From the NCBI GenBank assembly GCA_051294905.1, contig CM119383.1, positions 6,944,001-7,008,000 of the forward strand: 64,000 nt of DNA. Reading direction: 5' to 3'. The DNA comes from Botryllus schlosseri (Eukaryota). Both the position numbers and the translations under genes were made by a program. The notes beneath the pieces were generated by a model that was not told where the DNA came from, searched no databases, and saw only the letters and a list, made by a program, of their open reading frames with translations. The first letter of the stretch is position 1. Each line of letters opens with the position of its first letter. Of the stretch, positions 46,901 to 58,900 are shown in pieces.

Positions 46901-49900
46901 GTTGCTATGATGCCATAATGGCATTTCCGTTTGTTTTCTATTCACGCCGAGTTCGACGAAATCTTCAGTCCTGAAATACTCTCGAACCTTGTTATATTTT
47001 GCGTTGATTTCTCCAGCTTTAGGTCAAACCAGTTTGAACGCGGATAGTAAAAGTGTCGGGAAACAGAGTATGGCCAGTGACCCCACTCAGATGGACTGCC
47101 CACTATGCCTCAATACACAGGTACCTGACATTGGTGTTGTTTAAACAGGAATGACATTAACTATTCTGCGGAGCTTGTTAAATTATAGTGTTTGTGGTTT
47201 ACCGTCATATGACTGCTAATGGAATTGTGTCGCGGTCCTTCATTGCATGCTCATTAGGGCTCTTCGAAAATGACTTTTTTTTCTCAAATCGTACTGGCTA
47301 CTTGATAAAATTGTTAGGTTACCTAATTTAAGCATACACACAAAATTTGGTTCAATGCCAACCAGTGGAAGCGGAGTTATTGCCGTCGAAAAATTTGGAT
47401 TTGAATAAAATAGTATTTACGGTGAGCACAACCATAATAAATAAACAAAGAATCGGTCACCGTAAATACTATTTTATTCAAATTCAAATTTTTCGACGGC
47501 AATAACTCCGCTTCCACTGGTTGGAATTGAACCAAATTTGGTGAGCATTGTTTCTATAGACAGCCTAACACTTTCATGGGGCAAACAGAAAATTTTCAAT
47601 TTTTTTATTATTTTTTTTTATATAATAAATAGAAACTTTCTTCTCCTGTAGCAAAGCGGTTACTGGCTGGAATTGAACCAAATTTTGTGTGTAGGCTTAA
47701 ATTAGGTAACCTAACAATTTTATCAAGTAGCCAGTACGATTTGAGAAAAAAAGTCATTTTTGAAGAGCCCTAGGCCTAATGCTCATTGACCAAATAGATC
47801 TTTACTACCGGTATGTCAAAGTCAGGCATTAAGTATTCCTGCCTATTTTCTGTTAATAGGCTAATTTGCAAGTTGTGTAGTGCGTCAAAGGTCAGTATTC
47901 CTAATTATTTTCAGTTGATAGGTCAATTTGCAAGTTGTGCAGTGTGTCAAAGGTCGTTCTATCCTAGTTATTTTCAGTTAATAGACTAATTTGCAAAGTG
48001 ATGTCCGACTCGAGAAGCAATACTTGTATATGTACGTCATATTTGCAGTGTTCCAATAGCTCGAGTCGGACTCGAGTCACGATTTTTTGGTGACTTTACT
48101 CGAGTCATTTGTGTATTGACTCGACTTGTACTCGAGTCATTGCGCATGACTTGGACCAAGTCATATGACTCGAGACTGGGTCTACCAAGACAGACATTTC
48201 ATTGTAATTTCGAAGAATAGTAAAGTTATCCCACTATTATCGTTTCGTCTATCAGTACTAGTACTTGAAAATGCTACCAGAAACTGTTTAATGTGAGTAG
48301 AATCACTATATTATGAATGCGAAGCATTTATATCACCGAGCAGAGTTGCAAAACGTGGGTTACACTTGTTACACTATTGCATATATTGTAGATCTGCTAA
48401 ATTGCTGAGATGAATCCCGATGTTCTGTAATCTATATAGCCTGGTAATTAATTGTTAAGTATTTGTTACAAACAATCATTCCTAGTTCTTGAATAATATG
48501 CCGAACCGAACTTCATTGAATAACAATTATGATTCTTTACCATTAAGCGGTATGGTGATAAATTGAAATTAGGAACCTAATTACATGTATCGAGCCTTAT
48601 GTATTTCTGTCTCCGATAGCGCGATTTGGTTTCGAATGGCCAGATGTTTTTGTGTAGATTTCCTTACGTCATTTGGCCTGGTAATAACGACACGATTTGT
48701 TTCAGCCTATAGAAAATTTTCCGCAACTTACCATGTGTAACCACCGCTCCTGTATGGATTGTCTGCGCCAGTATCTGACCATTGAAATCACGGAAAGCAG
48801 GTGAATTGTGATATTACAATTATATGCAAGCCCACAACAAGTACAAATCACTATAGCTGAATGTCTCTCGTAGAATGATTGCTTACTGGTCAAGATTTCT
48901 TATCTATTTTTGAACATCATGATTAAACAGCTATAACATGGTCTAAGATTTTGTGACTAAGGGGTTGTGAACCTCATAGTCATTTAAATGTTAGCCTACA
49001 GTCATGCAGTGTATTGACATACTATTCACATGAACATCAACATACTACAAATAATGCACAGCCGATGCCACTGCCAAAAGCGTAAGGGTCTAGATTTTTA
49101 ATTTGCAACACTGATATTGAGGTGAACACGAGGGATTCGTGTACTGATTCCAATTAACAGGCAATACTTTGCTTAGCACAACTATTATAATGCCACTATG
49201 ACACATAATGTGTGATTCTGCTTGCCTCAGGCTACACTTTCGTTCTAGATATCCTTCTATCGCCATTGGTATTAGTTTTGAATTGTGCTAATTTTAGTAC
49301 CAGTGAGTTGATTTCATACTTGACAGTGTCACCACCATGGTAATGAATCCAAGTTTTAAAATGTGTTTGACCCTTTCTAATGGCATAGCTTTGTTTTTTA
49401 TTTGTACTTGCGCAATAAAAATGAACTGAATTTTGGTATGTAGGCTTTTATAGTCTTGTTGCTTTTGTTGTGATACTGTTGGGAGAAAATTGCTTCCAAA
49501 TTTTTATTATCCTTTTAATGTCAAGGCATGGCTTTGTGTAGAGATCAATGTGTTTGTGATTTCATAATAATTGGTCCGCATGATCAAAGATATTCATATT
49601 CACCCGGGTCTATTCATTTAGGGAAATCCCTATTTTGATTCACACCAACATCAATTCACCTAGTTATAATCATTGTTAAGCATATTGGTGTTTGGTTGAT
49701 GTCGAACTCTTGACTGGATGATGCAGTTGAATGATAACGTGATTGACTCATTGCTAGTTACAAATTGTAGATGTATAGTCATCATGTTTAAAATAGATTT
49801 ATTATGTATAAATTTTCATCCGACCAAGAGCCAGTATTACATATCCAACCTATACTGGTACCTGGTAGATTGGTTAATTCAATATCCCTTGACGTAATTA

Positions 49901-52900
49901 AACCGTACGTCATTCCCGAAATCTTCAACTTGGTTGAAACGATGTTATTTGCATGCAGCGTCATGATTGTGTGCTACCATGCAAAGTTGAAACTGACTAT
50001 GATGTCTCAAAATTTTGTACTTCTTGAAGTAGAGAATGTCACTTGGTGTGTTAATATGTTTCAGTGTGATTGTGTTCAAACCATATCGTCTCGAACTCAT
50101 CTGGTTTGTGACTATAATTATGGAAGGATTCGTAAGTCATAATAATATTCTCAGTAAATCAATAAAAAAATCTATACCCATGTTCAATGCAGCCGCAATT
50201 CAAGTATATGAGTCGAGGTCGGAAATAGCATGTAAGGGATTCGTATGTTGCGATGTCGCTAAGATTTGGAACTTTCAGTAGCTTTTCCACTGTTGTCATT
50301 GTCACTAAATTAATAACTGGTTGATAATAATGAAGGGATTCGCCATGAACTTCTCGCAAAAGTAATCTTCGATTGTCACATCAAATTATAACAGAATGAG
50401 AATTGTCGGCCATTGTCATGTTTGCCTCGAATACTGACATATATAATACGTATGCTGGTATTTGTCAAACCAAATTTGGATGGAATGTTGTGATAATTTT
50501 GATTTTGTCCAGTTTTTCTTGGAAGACAGATGTTGACAATTTAATCTAATATCCAAGGTATGCATCGGGACTAGTTGTTTCAAAGATGAGACGCGGAACT
50601 GCTATAATATATGAAGCTATATCACAAGTAGGATTACAGTGGATATGGATATGTGCCATTGTGCCTAGCGTTGTGATCTCTGACCTGATTAAGGGTCATT
50701 GTTTTTCTGTGTAGCTGTTACAATAGGAAATAATTTGTCAAAGCACCCACTTGGGACCGGAGACAAGAATATATTGCCCGATGGGAATCATTGCATATGC
50801 ATCATTAATTAGCTGTAGTCTTCTCCAACCCTCATTTTTCTCAAATCTTCGACTGACATAACAACGCGTTTTCCGCTAATCTCGCCCGTACTTCTTTTCC
50901 GCAGGGTTAGCTTGTCATGTCCCGAATGTCAAGAGAAGATCCATCCTGTCGATGTCCAATTGATTCTCAAAGAATTTCCGCACTTAATCGAGAAATGGGA
51001 AGAGTTTTTACTCCGTCGGTGTTTGTCCATCGATCCCGATTGTCGGTGGTGCCCGGCGCCCGATTGCGGGTAAGATCTTTGTTTTTAGTCGGAAACTAGC
51101 TTATTTGAGCAAATTATGTTAGTATAGCAAATCTGCACTCAAATCTGCTCGCATAAAGTCTAGGGAAAGTTTACCAGTCTGAAATTTGATGACAAATGCT
51201 TTAGGCTACTTAACATTCAATATGTTGGGTTTGAAGCACATGAATAATGTGGTTGCCCTTACCTTGTGGTTGGAGAATTTTAGCTTATGTGGTTTCACAC
51301 CATGTTTCCTAGCTCTGGTTTTGAACGAATTATAATATCGTTGGACATCTACTATGCAATGTTTGCACACACGTTACCAATGACAAGAACTATTGACTTG
51401 GGAAATATGTGGAACACAATCTGTTTGTTACTGTTTTACCTCCAGCCTTGATTTATTCTGTCAATATCTACACAGCTATGGTGTTTGGATTATTGTGAAT
51501 AGTGCATGGATAACCGCTGTGTTCGCTCATGAATAACTAAGTTGCAACTTCTTTCAGGTGTGCATGTTAGGCATTTTCGGGGTGTAGCCTATTCCAATTT
51601 TCAAAGTGGATAGGTACACTTGATATTTGATCAGTTTGATCAACCCATTGATCACATTGATCAAGTACAATTCTATATTCCATTAATGGGCAACCTCTGT
51701 TCTTGACGTCTTCTTGCTAGCGTGTGTAGGCACAACTTCTTTTTGCTTTTATTCTGTAAAGCCAATGGTTTGAATTGTTCTCTCGGCAGCAGTAATATGA
51801 TAACGGAAGGTTAAATGTTGTAAATATAGTGCCGGGTAATTGTTATCCCCGCTCGAGAGACGCAAGGGCGTTTTTGTTCCATTCCGGGATGTCCGGTTGT
51901 TTGAAATGCGCTAGCTGTCTTCCATCCCACGGTTCTTGCTCTATATGAATGGCGCGCAGTGTTTTTCTCAATACCATAGATAACCATTTCAATGCTGCAC
52001 TGCCATGCAAGCAGGATGTTGTGATAAGACACCTAATTGTTTGACCATCCAGGAAGGCAATGCGAGTTTCCATTGTGTTTGAGTTGAAAAAAACTGACAT
52101 TATGACTGATATTGTTTTTGCGGATACTTTTGAAATACCTTTGTCTTGGTGATTCAAGTCCGGTTTCGGTATATTTCCCTGCAATTCCTATCGGTAAAAT
52201 ACGCGGTATCGATTGTTGTGACATGACGTGGTTCTAACTTGGGAAACTAGCCAATTGTATCATCCATGATGAAAATAGGTCATAATGGTGAAATATCTGT
52301 TACTGAATCTAAAAAATTTGTAATGTCGACGTCATTAGACTATGTAATCTTTGCTATTTAACCAAATTTATATAGGGTAACCGTAGTTATACATTCACAA
52401 GTGATTTTGCGGATTACAATATCAGTTATTTAATTTTACATCTTCGTGAAATATGCATATGTATTCTAGTCAAAATATATGGATGTGGAACATGTTTCGA
52501 CTTGGTAACAAAATTTCGGCTCGCAAAGTCTGCAACTTAAGTTGACAGAACCCATAAAGCCTGTAGATGCTTGCAAATCTAATGTACGACCGACATTTCA
52601 ATGAAGTTACACATACACTGGTCGCAATAATGAAATCTGATGCTTAGATAATAATTCAGTAATCGATGCTTAGATATTAATCCAGTAATCGTTCCGGCAA
52701 ATGTGCAGTGTGGGATTATTAATAAATCATCCTGAATCATATTGCAATGTGATTCTGCAATCATTTTTAATTAACTTGATAGGGGCTATATTTCAGATGA
52801 GCTAATACCAATGTTGCATTAGATATAAAATGCCCTTGTGTAATGTTTTCTCTGTTGATTAATGAATATATGCTTAGCTTTGGCTCGATGGTAGATTTTT

Positions 52901-55900
52901 ATTTTGGCTACATGTGTTAGTGTTCCCACTTTTCTTGTGGTCAAACATTGATCAACCATTTCTCTGGACGTTGACACAGTGTTTACGGGGAGGTCCAAAA
53001 TTTGAGCCCATTATCAATTACTATTTAACATGATTTTTGAGAGCCAGAAAATCATTCAGATCAATATGTCCATGTCCAATAATAATAGATCCTAGTTTGC
53101 CCATGTCGGCCCTAAGATTTCATTTCAAAGGTACCAGTATCCAAATTTTACTGTACCTTAGTGCAAGTGAATATCCCTCCATAAACTGATTGATTGAAAG
53201 ATCTTGGGAAAAAATTGGATCATCAGGCCGCAGGGAAATTCAATAATTTAAATATCGACTTGTCGTGTCATCTAAGGTGGTTCTAAAGAAGGAATTTATT
53301 CAATATGCTATCGTTTGCACTCGAATAAACTGTGGGCGATATAACAAGAAGCGATTTTTGATCGTCACGTTATTGTATTGATTTAGTCGCGTAGTTTTGG
53401 TTGCTGTTTAGCGTGTGAATCGTCAAGCCTCGATGTTCCAGTGGCTCTTGCAAGCACCAAACGAAACTTACGGTCGTTTTCTGCCAAGAAAGGAGTGACA
53501 TTATAGCATGAATAATGCAGCGTCGAAAATTGATTAGAATGTATTTCGACTTGATTGCGTTGCACATGTGGAAACAGAGTCATTTATTTCGGGAATATTG
53601 TACAATTTACGGCCCTCTGTCGTCTGGCTCTTCTTGCGAATGGCTTACTAGATGATTGATGATACTGAGCATGAATGAATCGAAATTCCAGCACAGCAAT
53701 AACAACGCACATCGAGATTCGGTACAAAACCATCTCCGTGCTGCACGATCCAACATGTCTCAAAAATACTACTACATATTCGGTTTTAAAGGCAATGTTT
53801 GAGTTGCAAAATAAGCCATATAATGCCCACACATTGCCTGCGTGTTGACCGTCAGAATGGCTCAAATGTTTCACGGTTTGCGTAATTCACTTCTCTGTCA
53901 GGTGATGAGCTCGAAAGCACAGCTAATAAAGCCAAGTGGTAATGGGCCACGTTGAAAATGGTAATCAATTACCACTCTGCATACAAATTGGCCATGGCGT
54001 TGAGACTTGTTTGTTAGAATCCCGTTTGGCATTCTATAATTGTTCTCACAGTAATTGCTGGCGTGGGAAGTTGAAATCACGCACTAGTTTTTGACTTCAA
54101 CGACAGAATGCGATATTGTAATATGACCATACTGAATGTTGGGGTTGTATGTAAAATAGTGCTGCGTTTTGAATGTAACAGCTTGTTTTCTTCCATATTT
54201 GAAGCGTCTATTTTCTTATTCTTAATGCCAACGCACAATTGTGTTTTGTTGGAAGTTTCGGCGTTGTTGATAATTGCGGCGTGCATCATTTCCTTGCTTT
54301 TACAACGTTGAAATTTCAAACCGGATCACATCCCTATTCCACGGATGACGCATTCGCAACCATCTTGCTAGAACAATCACTCGTGCTGTACTTGTTTGCC
54401 AACGGGCTACATATTGGGAACTAGGCTATGTCTTACTATTAACTGACAGTATCGCTTCAAAAATATTCATTTTCACCATGATGATGAAGACCATCGTATA
54501 GTCGGCATTCAGTAATAGGTTAATGTTTGTCTCGTTGTCATTTCAGATTCGCTGTTATTGCCACTGGGTGCGCCGACTGTCCGAAAATTCACTGTGAAAG
54601 ACCAGGTTGTGATACCTACTTCTGTTATCATTGTCGACAGGTTTGTGGATTTTTTGCGGTGTGTGGTAACGCTCGTCACTTTTCAACTGCGGGGCCAGTT
54701 TATTTTGTAATCCGTTACCTCACAGTGCTGATGTATATATTGCTGCACTGCTCATAGTAGATAAGAAATTGGTTCTGTAAAGAAGTTTGATAACAATATT
54801 TATGAAGTTTTGATCTATTGAACGAGGCCTTACAACCCAGCACAAGTATCTTGGTAATTTAAAAGTTACACTTGCTTGTGGATTGCAGGCCTATTTAGAA
54901 AGACAAGTCACGATTTGATGGTATATATAGGCGGTGGCAGCTGTGTTGGGTGGTGATTGGCCATTTAATTATGCTACTATGCTTCATTTATAATATACTT
55001 CGGCTGGCAAAGTTATGTACAGTGGGACTCTAATATTTTAGTATTTAACAAACATGATGCCACCATCAGTGACATGTTCTTTATCTTGGTCATACAAAGC
55101 ACACTACGAATCAGTGTTGCTTTAATATGATATGACTCATTTCTTTCATTTCATTTCGTTCTTGTGCGTTATTCCACGAGATTTATTATAGTAGAACCAG
55201 TAATGTGTCGATGTAAAGGTATACAGTTCTGAGTACTAGCACCCCTAGAACTAAGAAGTATGTTATTCTCCTGCACAAATAGACACATTTGGTATGTGGG
55301 GAAATCCTATTTATCATAGCTCATAGATAATCAAGTCTTGAAAGGTGAATACACAGCAATAGCATTCTTAGTTAGTACACTTGTTACTGGATATGTTTCT
55401 TGCTGAGACGCTATACCTCGATGTGCGTTCATGAAATTCCCATTGATCTCGGCTGGCTTCAAATTTGCATTTGCGAACACATTGCTGCATTTATTAGACA
55501 CACCGTCGGCAATGTTCCCTCTAATTCTTCACGAGTCCGCGCGCACTCACCAACTCAGTGCGCGGTCCTTTGGACAACAGTGCGTAACGACTAAATAAAA
55601 AGTCATCACTTTCAGTTTTCTGTTCGTAGCTTCGAGGGAACATTGACTGGTGGTCTACTGTGACGTCTCTCGCAGTACCACGAGCGAAACCGCGTATCAT
55701 TACTTGCTCACTTTTTTGACATGAGTCAAAATTTTGTCAAAATTGTAGCGTTAGGTCAAAAATTGTCAAAATTGATTACAAAGTCCAAATAATTTTGCAA
55801 CCTCCATTTCGTTTGTATCGTAGATGTTTGCGCTGTCGGTGAACTTATCATTTGACATTTTACAGCTTGTAGCCTACTTTATAGGCCTGTCCTTGTAGAC

Positions 55901-58900
55901 TTCCCGAATGGTTGACATGGTGTTATGCTCAACGTACCGCAATTCTAACATTTTGTAGGAAAACATATACTTTACATACATGATGTCAAAATTTGGTAAA
56001 AACCAAAGTTTTTAAAAATCAAAAAATGTCAAAATTTTAATTTTTTAGGTAAAAAAAAATCGTCCTAGTAATAACTGAATGTAAAGTCCGAAGGAAACAA
56101 CGGAAAAAAGTAGCTAATTATTACATGGTAGCCTTAATATTGATGATTATGGGCGGCGTAGTCATAAATCCTTTGAATATCCGCTGATTTTAGGAATGGC
56201 ACCCGGACCAGACCTGCGATTCCGCCCACTTGACTCGTACCAGACTGCCCAGACTGCGCAGCAGCTCGGCGGTAATGAGTCGCCAACAGTCGCTTCAAGG
56301 TGGTACGGAAAAACCATGTCTTTGGACGCGGTCCCGGGCCTAACGCAGTACCGCTTACCTTTGCAGAGATAAAGCCGTGTCCAAAGTGTTCGGCGCTCAT
56401 TTCGAAAATGAACGACGGTTCGTGCAATCATATCAACTGTACCGTGTGCGGGGCGGACTTCTGCTGGCTCTGCCTGCAGGAAATCACTGAACTGCACTAT
56501 TTAAGGTTGGTGGACTTTCCCTGTTCCGTATTGTGTCGTGTCGTAAAGCACGTGACATTGTGTAATTCCCTTGTCTTGTATATTTGAGATTTATGATTAC
56601 GTTATTTGATGATCGCGTGTTGCGTTAATGTTTGTATAATTTCCACATAGGGGATGTCTCTTTCGAACGACAAATTGAGCGTAATCGCTCGTGGTTAGAT
56701 TACAATAGTTTACGCAGAAGCATCGACACCCTTATGGCATTCATGTACTGGCCCATGACGTAGGCCTACTGTATTAATGATCACAGACCACAGTTATAAT
56801 GATGGTAAATGTGTAAATAACTGAAAAATGAACATTTGTGGCCAATGCCGAATTTGAGTTTGTATAAATCGGAGGTTGCACGAACATGTAACGGCGACAG
56901 TTATACCGCTGCATGTTGTAAGGCTGCGTCGAAAGCCATTTGCTGTGTTCTCAAAACTAATTTGAATTTGAGGATTTTTGTTATGGAATTTCCAGATGTG
57001 TTGCGTGTCATTAGAGACAATCGTCTCATGTCGTTGTTTGGTGGAATTGCTTGTCGAATATAAAAATTTGAATTTCGACGCCGTAACAGTCGGTAAATTT
57101 CGTGGCAAAAGGTAGATTCTAAAAAAATTTTGACCCCCGCCAATCGCCTGTCGTTGTTTTACCTTATCGGGACAACTGTTTGGGTCTCGCATGTTTTTAC
57201 TAAGTTTTAAGAAGAAAAAGATGGGATGTATTACGATATTTGTATGTTATTCAACTTTAATAGGATATTGCGGTCAATCATTTCTGTTTCCTGTTGCTTA
57301 ATTATTGAAATTATTCTTACATCACCACACCACCATTGCCAATGTCATGTTTCCTTGAATCGTTCAGTTTCCTGTGAGTAGACAATAGTCCTGGATAGGA
57401 TTTCCTTCGCGCTTGTCAAACTGGCGATATGGCGGTCAGCTGTCCGTTTACCTACGTTGATTGATTCGTTGCATGTGCTCTGTCAACTTACAACGAAATC
57501 GAGGGTGCCGCTAAAATTATGATCATAGTTTGTTGAGTCACTCTTGTCAATTCTTTTGTTTTGCCATCCCATTTCAAAATGAAATGTGCCTTGATCACTG
57601 GAGGTTAAATAAAGTCTCTATGAAGCTTCGATAGATTGTGTAGTTAATTAAGTGAGGCTAAAATTTGGACTCACATTTGAAATGATTGCGTCAAACCTTA
57701 ACAAGCCTTAGCGACGGAAATTGTAGCCTAACTTGACATTGTTGGTTTATGTATTGTGTTGTCTCTCAATTTGAACAGCACAAACTACTGGATTTCCCAA
57801 ATGGGCTAGAACTAATAAATGGCCCGTAGTTAGTTGACTCTCAGCAGATTGGTAGTTTATGCAAGTCTGCTCTCAATCCTTTTTTTTCTTTTCCAGCCCC
57901 TCCGGATGCACCTTTTGGGGTACGAAACCCTGGAGCCGTAAGAAGAAAATTCTCTGGCAGCTAGGTCTTCTAATCGGCGCGCCTCTCGGCATAGGACTAG
58001 TCGCTGGAGTTGGCGTCCCGGCTATTCTGATTGGCTTTCCGATCTGGGTGGCGAGACGGGTACGTTTGCGGTCGCGGTGTTTTTGCGATCTTGGTTGCGA
58101 TGATTTGAATTTCGTTTCAGGCCATGCAAACGTACGCCAGCAAGACGGCGTGCAAAAGGAGAGGCATCGTCGTGGCGTGTGTTGCTGTTTCCATCATTGC
58201 GGCTCCGATCTTGGCTGCTTTGGCTGTCGGTGAGTGCCTTGTTTAATAATAAAAATAATGGTTGTATAATGATTTATGGAGCGCCATGCATAGTAATATA
58301 TACAATTGAATATTATATTCATATTGAAATGAACCCGAATATTTTTGGCTGACACTCGTCAGGGGTAATCGTCAGCAACTAGTAGAGAATTATAAAGAAC
58401 ATCGTATATCAACAATTGTATCACAAAATATGACGTCACCAGCATGAAATGAATACGAGAGCGTTCAATGTACTATTTTTAGATGGTACACAAACTCTTT
58501 TTGTTGACACAGCCTTGAGTGGTGTATTTTGATAAAAGCCTACTACAAGGCAGACCAATGAAAGTGCTAACGGCCCCTTCTGAAGACGCGAAATCTTTAG
58601 TCTCATACACACAAGCGGGATTATCCAACAAGTGTTTGCCAATTGCAGAATTTATGGCCTTTGATTGTTCCGCATCAATCTTGAGCGGATGAGTCAAGAG
58701 TGAGCTTTTCACCAAACGTGATGAGCGTGTTCTAATAAATCTAGGGACATGCTGATTTATGCGTTCCTGCAAACGCTTTGACGTTCTTCCCGCCTAGCCA
58801 CAATCACAGCCAGCGCCACTGGTTTTTATTAGAACAAGCGCATCATGCTTGGTGAAAAGCTTACTCTTGACTCATCCGCTCAAGATTGATGCGAAACAAT

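Noticed and set aside
51843-52184. 113-aa minus-strand ORF with a faint FERM/ubiquitin-like look ([15 protein letters not shown])
   Set aside because: Resemblance limited to a few residues, and no supporting exons found; an HMM search would be needed.
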